This document shows, piece by piece, positions 42,721 through 51,372 of a stretch of DNA of 64,000 bases. Every line of letters begins with the position of its first letter. Position 1 is the stretch's first letter. Source of the stretch: a virus (Duplodnaviria; Heunggongvirae; Uroviricota; Caudoviricetes); the IMG/VR virus record IMGVR_UViG_3300033405_000002, positions 32,001-96,000 of that record. The stretch is one strand, 5' to 3'. A program made the position numbers and the translations under genes. The notes beneath the pieces are model-generated. The model saw only the letters and a program-made list of their open reading frames with translations. It made no database searches and was not told where the DNA came from.

Positions 42721-42796
42721 TGGTAGCTCCGGGTGGATTCGAACCACCGATCTTTCGGTTATGGGCCGACTGCACTAACCGCTGTGCTACAGAGCC
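42721..42796 (-). tRNA. tRNA(CAT), Ile2 or Met; C33
   Basis: GTCGG-CCCATAA-CCGAA, TTCGAAT, CCA. Confidence 0.85.
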
Positions 42797-42813
42797 ATGC
42801 TACAATAGCTTAC

Positions 42814-43074
42814 ATGAGAGACTGGGTTTTGCACCATCTTCATTTCATGATCGTGGCGGACGCTTTAATTCACGTCATCATAATGCTGTTGTCCATCGCC
42901 GCGATTGTCACGATGTGCTTCTTAATCAAGGCGGTAAAGTCCCACCCTAACGCTAACCGCACGTCTACAACGCTTGCCTACATCATGCTGGGCATTTCTG
43001 GCTTCATGAACTACAGCGCTGTCCGCGCCTTCATTTCCTGTGCCGCACAATACCATACGTGGTGGAACAAGTAG
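42814..43074 (+). CDS. Small membrane protein
   Basis: Two hydrophobic segments; TACAAT just upstream. Confidence 0.45.
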   Translation: MRDWVLHHLHFMIVADALIHVIIMLLSIAAIVTMCFLIKAVKSHPNANRTSTTLAYIMLGISGFMNYSAVRAFISCAAQYHTWWNK

Positions 43075-43075
43075 C

Positions 43076-43736
43076 TTACCAGTTGCCTTTCACGTAATCC
43101 GCGTAGCGCCACTTCTTGCCTGTTACGTGATCCGTGACTTGTCCCTGCTTCTCATTGATCGTCCGGCGCTTGTCTCCGCGCTGCCCGGTGCCAATCTGTG
43201 CTCGCCGCTCAGCGGTTTCCGCGCTTTGCCTGCGCTCCTGATCCGCCGCGCTTAGACGAGCCGTCAAAATTGCTAAGGCCGTCTTACGATTCTGCCATTG
43301 AGACCTTCCGGTCTCGCACCGCACGGCAACCCCCGTTGGCTTGTGCCGAACTCGAACACAGGTCTCAACCTTGTTGACGTTCTGCCCGCCCTTGCCGCCG
43401 CTCCGCATGGTTTCCCACTCCAGATCGCCGGGGTTAATCGAGAACTCCGACTCTTCAGGTTCGTCAAAGACCGCAACGGTAATCGTTGAAGTCTGGCGTC
43501 TGCCGTGTCGTTCCGTGGGTGGGACTCGCTGCCAGCGATGTCCCCCCGCTTCATTCGAGAACGTTTCACGTGCTCCGTTCCCGGTGATCCTTAAGACTGT
43601 CAGCCCAGCGTATTGCTCGGTGACATCAAACTCAAAGACCCCTCCGCGAGGCCAACCTTGCGTAAATCGTTGTCTGGTCTTCAACCAGAAGTCTTGCGTC
43701 TTCGCCGCCCTCAGCGGCTCGAATTTCGATAATCAT
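43076..43736 (-). CDS. Domain-1-less class I release factor (PxT, GGQ) made via +1 frameshift at 43637-43632
   Basis: ORF0 [14 protein letters not shown]...RRGL ends GGAGG-GGT-CTT-TGA; +1 frame has [40 protein letters not shown]. Confidence 0.9.
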
Positions 43737-43747
43737 AACTCTCTCTC

Positions 43748-43999
43748 CTATGGAGTAATCAAAACTTGAAGGGATCGTCCCTTCAGAATCGGCTTGCCTT
43801 TCTTTCCAAGATCAGTAAGCAAGCGATTCAAGATTTCTTCGCCCAGTGCTGGGTGCGTGATTTCACGTCCCCGAAATTGCACCACGGCGAGCACCGTGTT
43901 TCGTTGTGCTAAGAATCTCTTAGCTTGCCCCATTCTGTAGCTGTAGTCATGGTCACTTATCCTAACGCTGAATTTGACTTCCTTCTGTTTGCCTGCTAT
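43748..43999 (-). CDS. infC: Translation initiation factor IF3 C-terminal domain, AUA start
   Basis: KEVKFSVRISDHDY..R..QAKRFL....V...VQFRGRE; AAGGAG RBS 6 nt before in-frame ATA. Confidence 0.88.
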   Translation of the reverse strand: MAGKQKEVKFSVRISDHDYSYRMGQAKRFLAQRNTVLAVVQFRGREITHPALGEEILNRLLTDLGKKGKPILKGRSLQVLITP

Positions 44000-44016
44000 G
44001 CGTCTCTCCTTAAATT

Positions 44017-44094
<78 letters not shown>

Positions 44095-44095
44095 A

Positions 44096-44500
44096 CTACC
44101 ACTTAAACTTTTCCGCGAGTATCAAACCCTTCTGTTGCCCGTTCTTCGCCGGAGCGTATCGAAGGATGAAACTCGTTTTGCCGACAAACATTGCTGGCGG
44201 AAACTTACAAACCGCGTCGATCTGCGGTACGTAAACCAAGAGCGCATCCACCTCGTTTGCAGTGTACGTTCGCTCTCGCTTCCTACCCGTCGCCCAAGTC
44301 CTCAAATTCACGATCACACAACCGCTGGACTTTCCTGACTTGCTGGCGTACTTCACCTGTACTCGTTCCAGCGTGCCGTTCATATCCGCGATGTAATCGT
44401 AGCGCGTTTCAATGATCGGTTTACTGAGAACCACGCCAAGCTCTATCGCTCGAAAAGCCACTTTCAGATGCGCGATCTCGGATTTCTGTTGGATAGTCAC
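44096..44500 (-). CDS. PD-(D/E)XK endonuclease (group I intron-associated type)
   Basis: VLSKP...RYD.I.D....RVQVK...Y....VD. Confidence 0.8.
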   Translation of the reverse strand: MTIQQKSEIAHLKVAFRAIELGVVLSKPIIETRYDYIADMNGTLERVQVKYASKSGKSSGCVIVNLRTWATGRKRERTYTANEVDALLVYVPQIDAVCKFPPAMFVGKTSFILRYAPAKNGQQKGLILAEKFKW

Positions 44501-44571
44501 CTACCCAGCTTACCACGTCCCCACAGGACGATACTTACGGACGAACAAACCCTTAAACCACGCGATCATCA

Positions 44572-45177
44572 CTACTCCCAATACTGACTGTACTGCGTCC
44601 CAAACTTATCGCTCAACCTCTTCAGGTACGCATACGTCTTGATCTTTGTCATGTAGTCATCACCTTTGGCAACGACCCCTTCGTTCACCGGATACAGCCC
44701 CATGCGGACATCTTCGATGAACTGACGGTTCAGATTCCCTTTGTAAATCACCTGCGCCGCGTAGGGCAGGTCGCCGAAAACATCCACAAACTCTTTCGGC
44801 TTCATCAAACCTTTCTTGAACAAATACACGTCAAACAGCTTCAGTTCCTTCGGCTCGTCCTGCACATGCACTCCGGCAAAGCTCGAAGGCCCGAAGAACT
44901 CCGTGAACGCCGTGATTCGTTGAATGCCGCGATTACGCCAGTCAGCGTGCTTCACGCGCTCAACAATCTCGTCGCCGATCTCGGCAAACAACGGTATCGC
45001 CTGAGACCACAGTGGATGCCGATGATCGAATAGCTCAGTTCGCGTTCCGAACTTATGCCAGCCTTTCTTCGGTGACCACTCCCAGCGTAGGTTGCTGCCA
45101 TCGTATTTGTAGAACGCGATGGTCGGCACCCCTATCGGTGCTTTCTTCGCGCCCGGTATTTCTGGGTAACGTTCCAT
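44572..45177 (-). CDS. Compact RNA ligase-like nucleotidyltransferase
   Basis: KYDGSN, EFFG, LFDV, EGVV, K.K motifs. Confidence 0.75.
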   Translation of the reverse strand: MERYPEIPGAKKAPIGVPTIAFYKYDGSNLRWEWSPKKGWHKFGTRTELFDHRHPLWSQAIPLFAEIGDEIVERVKHADWRNRGIQRITAFTEFFGPSSFAGVHVQDEPKELKLFDVYLFKKGLMKPKEFVDVFGDLPYAAQVIYKGNLNRQFIEDVRMGLYPVNEGVVAKGDDYMTKIKTYAYLKRLSDKFGTQYSQYWE

Positions 45178-45181
45178 AAAC

Positions 45182-45259
45182 TGGTCGCAGCGGTTGGATT
45201 TGAACCAACGATCTTTCGGTTATGGGCCGACTGCACTAACCGGGCTGTGCTACACTGCG
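45182..45259 (-). tRNA. tRNA(CAT), Met or Ile2; C33
   Basis: Same anticodon arm as 42721-42796; CCA. Confidence 0.85.
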
Positions 45260-45260
45260 T

Positions 45261-45333
45261 TGGTTGCGGTCGCCGGATTCGAACCGGATTACGAGGTTAT
45301 GAGCCTACGTGTGATCCATTTCACTTCCCCGCA
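45261..45333 (-). tRNA. tRNA-Met(CAT), atypical
   Basis: CTCATAA loop, bulged anticodon stem, TTCGAAT, CCA. Confidence 0.65.
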
Positions 45334-45421
45334 ACATGTAAAATTCGGCCCTCGGCGTTGCTGACACCGCCCGTACCCAAGCAGGAATCAGACAACGGGG
45401 TACCCAAGGGCACTCTCAAAC

Positions 45422-45498
45422 TGGTCGGCGATGCAGGATTTGAACCTGCGACCCCCTGCGCCCAAGGCAGGTGCGCTACCAAGCTGCGCTAATCGCCG
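45422..45498 (-). tRNA. tRNA-Pro(TGG)
   Basis: CCTGC-CTTGGGC-GCAGG, CCA. Confidence 0.95.
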
Positions 45499-45647
45499 AT
45501 GTGGGAAGGATGGGCGTTACTCCAGTTTTGACCTCCGTCCAACAACGGAGCCTTCCCTAAAATCTGTCGAAGTCCCTCACGGGCCGCTTCTGCACGGGTC
45601 AATTCGCTTTCCAGTGGAATTGACAATCACTCACTTGTTACTGATAC

Positions 45648-45724
45648 TGGTCGGGCTGGAGAGATTTGAACTCTCGACCTTTCGTCCCCCAGACGAACGC
45701 GCTACCAAGCTGCGCTACACACCG
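45648..45724 (-). tRNA. tRNA-Pro(GGG)
   Basis: TTCGT-CTGGGGG-ACGAA, CCA. Confidence 0.92.
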
Positions 45725-45870
45725 AAAATACGGAAGCCCTAGTCGCACGTGATTCCCTTGCGGGCAGCGCCGTGAAGCGCGAATCCGTAACGCATACAGA
45801 TGGTCCGGGCATAACCCTCGGCATCGGCGCACTCCACTCTCCGCGAGTAAGTGCGGGACTTCTCTACAAA

Positions 45871-45948
45871 TGGTCGGGATGACAGGATTTGAACCTGCGA
45901 CCCCCTGTCCCCCAGACAGGTGCGCTAACCAAGCTGCGCTACATCCCG
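45871..45948 (-). tRNA. tRNA-Pro(GGG)
   Basis: CCTGT-CTGGGGG-ACAGG, CCA. Confidence 0.95.
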
Positions 45949-46069
45949 AAAACCCTTGATACAGCTTCACGGCTTGCGCCGCGTGATCCGCTCACAGCAG
46001 GCCCACGGCGAACCGTGCGCTGTGACAACGACTGCATCTGAGACCACTCAACCACTCGTACATCTAAAC

Positions 46070-46160
46070 TGGGTCAGGATGGAAGGATTTGAACCTTCAG
46101 GGTCATACTGACACCAGCATCCGAGGCTGGACGGCTACCAAGTTACCGTTCTACACCCTG
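46070..46160 (-). tRNA. Atypical tRNA-Pro(CGG) with long variable arm and A37
   Basis: CCAGC-CTCGGAT-GCTGG; variable hairpin GTCA-GTA-TGAC; T arm GAAGG-TTCAAAT-CCTTC. Confidence 0.75.
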
Positions 46161-46173
46161 ACAATCAAAATTT

Positions 46174-46261
46174 TGGTCGGGGTGAGAGGACTCGAACCTC
46201 CAGTGATCTTAATCTCCTGTTTCCAAAACAGGTCGGCTACCATCTACCGATTTACACCCCG
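46174..46261 (-). tRNA. Atypical tRNA-Pro(TGG) with long variable arm and A37
   Basis: CCTGT-TTTGGAA-ACAGG; variable GAT-TAAG-ATC; C1-G72, A73, CCA. Confidence 0.8.
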
Positions 46262-46360
46262 ATTTTACACACTCGCCGGGGCAAGGAAAACTAGCTTGTT
46301 TGTTGGGAAAATTCACTAACAAACACGGCCCCGGTGCCTAGCAGCACGGGGTGCAACCGT

Positions 46361-46432
46361 CTATAGAACGGTGTCCCCGCGCAACGTAGGGTTGCACGGT
46401 CGAAACATCGTAAATGGTCGCATCGTGTTCAT
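46361..46432 (-). promoter_or_regulatory. Leader peptide MNTMRPFTMFRPCNPTLRGDTVL upstream of the Pro/CAU/Phe tRNA cluster
   Basis: First ORF after the promoter; CCA/CCG/CCT, ATG x3, TTT x2; overlapping alternative helices downstream. Confidence 0.6.
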
Positions 46433-46457
46433 TTGAAGGTTTTGAACCTCTTCACAT

Positions 46458-46487
46458 AGTATACTGATAAACCAGAAATTTTGTCCA
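46458..46487 (-). promoter_or_regulatory. Promoter of the Pro/CAU/Phe tRNA operon
   Basis: TGGACA-N18-TATACT; shares CAGTATACTATGTGA with 54009-54038. Confidence 0.75.
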
Positions 46488-46495
46488 GTTATTTT

Positions 46496-47710
46496 TCAGA
46501 AAAATGAAACCCCGTCCATAATGTGCTGGTGCCGCCCTTCCAAGGCTCGCGGACAGGCGGTGTCCGTGCAGGGATGGGTGACGCTCCTGACAATATCGGA
46601 CGGCTCAACCGCGTCCGCAAAATAGCTGTTTTTCCGATGACTTCTGACCCGCGCCTGTATTGGACCGCTCAGGAACTCCCGGCGCTTGGCCCCCCGGCGT
46701 AGTGACACAATTTGCCACTTCCAGTGCTTGTGGCAGAACGCGATGTTTTGTTCGTCCCCGTCAATGAGCCAGCGTTCTCCCCGCTTGAAGCAGTTCGGGT
46801 ACGAGCACTGTACCGTTGCGTCAGAGTCTACCAGTGAGATCGAGATCAAATGCTTGAAGCAGTAGCTTCCACCCTTAGCTACATACGGTGCGGGTTCGTT
46901 GCAGATGATGCACATCTGCGTAACAGGTGTGAGATCACCCCAGACTTGCAATCCGGCTTCCGCCCGTTTTTCTTTGATGAGGCTTCGCAGATGTTCACAT
47001 TCGTCCAGAATGTGATCTAGTTGCTCTTTCTCAGCGCAAGTGTCATACGAGTAGTAAAGCGTTCTGCGCAAGCGGTGGAGCTTAAGCTTGAGAAACACGT
47101 ACTGGCGCAACAGGTCTTCGTACTCGAAGTAGACATGCCCATCCGTGCTCGGCTTAAGCGTGCGTTCGTACTGCATCGCTGTGCCGATCTCACGGTTAAT
47201 TCTGCCCACCGCAGCGGTCGTCCCATAGTCAATGACAAGAGCCAACAAGTCCTTCATGTGGTCAGGATTGTTGGCTCGTTTTTCTGCCAAAGACGTAAGA
47301 TATTCAGATGGCGTCAAACGTTACTCCGTTGCCGCTGGTGCCTCTGCGGGCGCGTTGCCCTTGTTGTTTGCGAGGTTGAACAACTTCTCGAAGTTCGGAG
47401 AAGCCGGATCGAGTGCCAGCGCCAGTGCTGCTTCCAGCTTGGTGATCTTCTCTTCCAACTGCTTCTTCTTTTCCATGCTCGACTTGCTGTAGGTCTCGGA
47501 AACGAGCTTGTTGTCCGCTCCGAAACTCTGCTGGTCGGGCTTGATCTTCTTCAGTTCTTTCTGCGCTTCTTCGATCAGGTTTTGCACGGAGAGGATGGCC
47601 TGCACGCGCTTGGTTTTCACCTGCTCAACTAGGACGTTAACCACGGCGTCCTGTACGGCAGGTCCGAGTCCTGCGATTTTCTCGGCGACTTGCTCTTTGA
47701 TTGTTGCCAT
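46496..47710 (-). CDS. Two hypothetical genes (46496-47317 Cys/His-rich; 47321-47710 coiled coil)
   Basis: Tiling ORFs. Confidence 0.6.
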
Positions 47711-47742
47711 TGTTTTTCCTTTGCGGAATTCCGCTTGGTTGA

Positions 47743-48303
47743 TTATAGCACGGGTGGGGTTGTAAAATCCCCGCTGACGGACGGGAAACTTGTCTTCCAT
47801 TTGGGCCAGATGTTCAGCCGGGTCGCCATCAGCAAGTGGCCTAAATGGTTCTTACCTTCAGGCGGATGGATGCCATGCTTGCAAATATGACCTTCCAATT
47901 TGCCCTTACAGACGCCCCAATACGTATCGTGCCACCAATTACCTTCTTCAAGATAAGCCCCTTCAGTGCTCACCAGCTTCAGGGCCAACTCCGGGTAAGA
48001 AGTGAATTTGCACAGCACGAGGTCTTTCATAATGCCCCACTTGATTTCGTCCCAATCGGGGCGCATCCCCTTCATGGTGCGACCAAGCTTCTTTGCTTGT
48101 GCGGCGGTCAGGCGGGGATTGAACTCCAACGAGAACGGCTCACGCTGGGACGCGGGAAACTTAGCCGCTTGGTAAGCGTGCTCAACGCTCGCATAGGCTA
48201 CACCTTCAAACGGAATGGTGCAGTGAAAGAAGTTCGACAAGAAATCGAACTCATAAGCAAAATGCTCAATTCGGTTTGGAAGGGCTGGGATTGTCGTGCT
48301 CAT
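47743..48303 (-). CDS. NADAR (YbiA-like) protein
   Basis: FLSNF, SVEHAYQAAKF, KF, EGN.WHD.YWG, GKNHLG. Confidence 0.92.
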   Translation of the reverse strand: MSTTIPALPNRIEHFAYEFDFLSNFFHCTIPFEGVAYASVEHAYQAAKFPASQREPFSLEFNPRLTAAQAKKLGRTMKGMRPDWDEIKWGIMKDLVLCKFTSYPELALKLVSTEGAYLEEGNWWHDTYWGVCKGKLEGHICKHGIHPPEGKNHLGHLLMATRLNIWPKWKTSFPSVSGDFTTPPVL

Positions 48304-48508
48304 GTTGTTCCTTTGGTGCCAGAGTCATCGGAAGCGGTCTGATCTCTCCATGGATCAAGCACAAGTCAAACCTGTAAATGTCACCGTTCGGCATGGTGAC
48401 CGACAAAAAGGTCATTGAGTTCGGGTCGCCAAGTAGCGGGGCTTTCTCAGGGTGCTCCGCTACTTGCCGCTTCCATTCTTCAACATACCACAAACAAGGA
48501 ATGTACAT
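48266..48508 (-). CDS. Hypothetical protein
   Basis: TAATG coupling. Confidence 0.45.
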   Translation of the reverse strand: MYIPCLWYVEEWKRQVAEHPEKAPLLGDPNSMTFLSVTMPNGDIYRFDLCLIHGEIRPLPMTLAPKEQHEHDNPSPSKPN

Positions 48509-49518
48509 TAGTCCGCCAGTTTGAGTTTCCCGTCTTCTTCCGGGAATTTGGTCGTGAAGCCCAATGGGTCTTGACCCTGCTTCTTCACCTTGAGCACCTT
48601 CTTGGAATCGGACTTCAGGCGCTTCAACGTCTCTTCGCGATCCAATCCAAGGCAGTAGTTTGCCACAACGAGTTCGCGCAAGTGGGCGAGTCCCAAACCT
48701 TCGGTCTTGTCCACCATATCCTGAAGTTCTTCCGGCGTCACGTGATCCTTCAGGATGTTGTAGAGATAATCGTGACGTGCTTCTGCAACCGGAGCGTTCA
48801 AGCCGATCACAAGATCAAAACGGCCGGGGCGCTTCACGATGCGATCTTCCAACTGCTCCGGCTTGTTCGTCGTAGCAAGGTGAACGATGTGGTCAACCTG
48901 TGTCTCGCCGTCGAGGAGAGCCAAAAGCGCACGGGCGGACGATGATTCATCGCTCGCGCCCATGAACGTCTCGATGTCCTCGATGATTGTCAGGATCGGG
49001 CGGCGCGATTCAATCTGGCGGATGCCGCCCAATGCTGTCTCCGCAAGGCGGCAGTTTGTGACCATGATGACAATGCCGTCGCGCTTCACGATGTCGTCGC
49101 AGAGTAATCGGATGATCGAAGTTTTACCGCAGCCAGCGGGCCCGTACATCAGAATGCCGCGCTTGTGAAGCAGTCCGGTGTCTTTGAAAAGCTTCTCCCG
49201 GCCCCAGAACTTGTCAATCTGATCGAGGATAAATTCGATTGGCGTCCCCGGCAGTCGCAGGAGCGTATCGGACGGAAATTTCACTTTGGAGAGAAACCAT
49301 CCGCTGTTGTCGTTGTCAATCTCGTAGATGCCAGCCGGGATGGAGTCTTGTGTGTGACCTACAGGGCGGTATAACCCCCCGCGCTTCGACCAATGGAAAT
49401 ATTTCTGATCTTCTTCGTCAGCTTCTATCGCCTGACTGTCTTTTGGTACGGATGATGTTCCTTCTACAGCGTCGTCGTCATCGTAAGAGCGTTTTCTGGA
49501 GGATGCTAGATTTGCCAT
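48508..49518 (-). CDS. AAA+ ATPase
   Basis: RGILMYGPAGCGKTS, IIEDIE, LLDG, ATTN, RPGRFD. Confidence 0.92.
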   Translation of the reverse strand: MANLASSRKRSYDDDDAVEGTSSVPKDSQAIEADEEDQKYFHWSKRGGLYRPVGHTQDSIPAGIYEIDNDNSGWFLSKVKFPSDTLLRLPGTPIEFILDQIDKFWGREKLFKDTGLLHKRGILMYGPAGCGKTSIIRLLCDDIVKRDGIVIMVTNCRLAETALGGIRQIESRRPILTIIEDIETFMGASDESSSARALLALLDGETQVDHIVHLATTNKPEQLEDRIVKRPGRFDLVIGLNAPVAEARHDYLYNILKDHVTPEELQDMVDKTEGLGLAHLRELVVANYCLGLDREETLKRLKSDSKKVLKVKKQGQDPLGFTTKFPEEDGKLKLAD

Positions 49519-49584
49519 AAGTGAATAATACCACATTGACAAATTCAGTCAACCTTGCAGCCGCTAAACTGCAAAACGATTCAT

Positions 49585-49926
49585 TTATTTTTCGATCAAT
49601 TCGATGAGATCGCGCTGGGCGAATGGTTTGCGAAGGATTGGAACATCCGCGATCTCCACCGGGAGCTTCGGCGGATCGCCGGACATCAAGGCCATTTTTT
49701 GATTCGGGTTCATCTTGCGAATCTCAGTCAAAAGAGGAACGCCAGTCTTGCGCGGCATCATGTTGTCGCTAAGCACGAAGTCAAAGCCAGCTTCCGAGTG
49801 ACGGTAGATGTGCAGGGCTTCCACGCCGTCCACAGCGGTTGTAACGGCGTAGCCACGAGCTTGCAAAGACATACTGAACACGTCTCGCAAGCTCTCTTCG
49901 TCATCAACGATCAGGACGCTTTTCAT
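49585..49926 (-). CDS. Single-domain response regulator
   Basis: LIVDDE, SDNMMP..G, MSG, KPF. Confidence 0.92.
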   Translation of the reverse strand: MKSVLIVDDEESLRDVFSMSLQARGYAVTTAVDGVEALHIYRHSEAGFDFVLSDNMMPRKTGVPLLTEIRKMNPNQKMALMSGDPPKLPVEIADVPILRKPFAQRDLIELIEK

Positions 49927-50046
49927 GCGCTCTCCTAGAAGCTCGGCAGCAAGCCGAAATAGTTGGCGATCAAAGCCGCGATCCCCAAAATGACGAGCGC
50001 TGCGATGAGCGCCCCAAAAACACCAAGCTCTTTTGTCTTCGCCATT

Positions 50047-50418
50047 TTACTTGCTCCCCCGAACAAGGTAGATCACTTCGTCGTAGACCTTATACGCCAT
50101 CACAGCGATCTGGTTGTAATGTTCGGCGGTCATACGCACGATTTCCATCATTTGCTCACGCGTTGCAACCACGCGCACAGGAATCATGCGTTCATGGTAT
50201 TCTGCACCTTCGTGCTGCCACTTTCCGTTCAGGACAGGCATCAACGTCATGCCGCCAGTGATCTTTTGAACCTTCGCGTCCCACGGCTTATGATCCCGGC
50301 GCAAGCGAAATGGCGTGCCATCATTCGCCACGGTCGGCACAAGAATCTCCCACATGCTCTTGACTTCGTAAGAGTCAACGCCTAACGGATCGAGCAAGTT
50401 GGGTGTCTTCGGTGCCAT
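50047..50418 (-). CDS. Hypothetical protein
   Basis: 123-aa ORF downstream of TAGCCA-N18-TATAAT (50493-50522). Confidence 0.6.
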   Translation of the reverse strand: MAPKTPNLLDPLGVDSYEVKSMWEILVPTVANDGTPFRLRRDHKPWDAKVQKITGGMTLMPVLNGKWQHEGAEYHERMIPVRVVATREQMMEIVRMTAEHYNQIAVMAYKVYDEVIYLVRGSK

Positions 50419-50540
50419 AGTCTATTTGATGCCGTTAAACTGTCTCCAGATTCGGTAAATTTCCGCCACTGAAGAGATCGTGTCCATGTCTAATTATACG
50501 GGGAAAACGGCGTTTTTGGCTAGCTGTAAGTATAGTGTTT

Positions 50541-51020
50541 TCAGGCGTTTGCACCTATGTTTTTCACGCCAAAGTTATCTGTCTGAGAATGACAGTTGGG
50601 GCAAAGGAAACGGATGTTGCTTTTGCGGTTATCTTGGTTGTTACCGTTTTTGTGATCTACGGGAAGAACGAGCGCACGTCCACGCCAGATTGGTTCTTGA
50701 CCACAAAGATAACATTTGTACAGCACTCCTGATTCAATTAAAGCTTCGCGCAGGCGATTCGCATGTTCTTTGTGCCCCGGTCGGCGGGATAAAACTAAAA
50801 TCTCTTTCCAGTGAAGTTTTTTATTGCCGCCCTTATGGTGTTCACCCCTGTTAGTGCCTTGCCCTAAGAAATGAGAGAAATCAATTCCAAACTCAATCGT
50901 TCTTCGTTTGATGTTGGCTTGTGTTCCTCCGTTTTGACGAAGGTTGAATTTCCGTAGAACATCAGCGAAGCTGACGCTGGATTTAATGGCGGGTTCCAGA
51001 TTTTCTTTTGTGTAGCGCAT
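50541..51020 (-). CDS. HNH homing endonuclease
   Basis: YKC..CG...DHKNG...DNR..N.RFLCPNCHSQT. Confidence 0.9.
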   Translation of the reverse strand: MRYTKENLEPAIKSSVSFADVLRKFNLRQNGGTQANIKRRTIEFGIDFSHFLGQGTNRGEHHKGGNKKLHWKEILVLSRRPGHKEHANRLREALIESGVLYKCYLCGQEPIWRGRALVLPVDHKNGNNQDNRKSNIRFLCPNCHSQTDNFGVKNIGANA

Positions 51021-51068
51021 CGGCAGAGTCCTTTTACATAAATACTGCGTCTCTGCCGATTTTTGAAA

Positions 51069-51147
51069 TGGTGCCCAAGGTGGGGGTCGAACCCACAGAA
51101 TCTCTCCGGTTTGAGCGGAGCGCCTTTGCCAATTTGACCACTTGGGC
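51069..51147 (-). tRNA. tRNA-Leu(CAA), short variable region
   Basis: CTCCG-CTCAAAC-CGGAG; A73, CCA. Confidence 0.85.
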
Positions 51148-51157
51148 GTTATAAAAC

Positions 51158-51239
51158 TGGTGCGACTGACAGGCATCGAACCTGCATGGCTGTTAACCAC
51201 AGGAGTCCAGTGCGTCTGCCGATTCCGCCACGGCGTTGC
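51158..51239 (-). pseudogene. Degenerate tRNA-Leu with collapsed anticodon loop
   Basis: D arm, variable arm GGTTAACAGCC, T arm and CCA like 52611-52696, but anticodon arm only CTGGACTCCTG. Confidence 0.6.
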
Positions 51240-51246
51240 AAAACTT

Positions 51247-51324
51247 TGGTGCGTAGAGTGGGACTCGAACCCACAAACCATGCGTTCTAAGCGCATGAGG
51301 TATGCCAATTCCCTTCACCTACGC
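51247..51324 (-). tRNA. tRNA-Leu(TAG), no long variable arm, A37
   Basis: ATGCG-CTTAGAA-CGCAT; 5-nt variable loop; CCA. Confidence 0.85.
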
Positions 51325-51372
51325 AAAACTTTTCTTCTTTAGTTCAGCAATCTTACAATTGAAAGAAGTTTG

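Noticed and set aside
43076-43684. Release factor as a pseudogene or TTG-started ORF
   Set aside because: The upstream frame has its own RBS and RF-like sequence, and the break falls exactly on an SD-N3-CTT-TGA cassette
46070-46161. tRNA-Sec reading of the long-armed tRNA (possible 8/5 fold)
   Set aside because: Anticodon is CGG, not TCA, and the sister gene at 46174 is a clear 7/5 tRNA with Pro identity
51021-51308. N-terminal extension of the HNH ORF 50541-51308, and similar ORFs over tRNAs
   Set aside because: These are read-throughs of tRNA genes; real starts lie downstream
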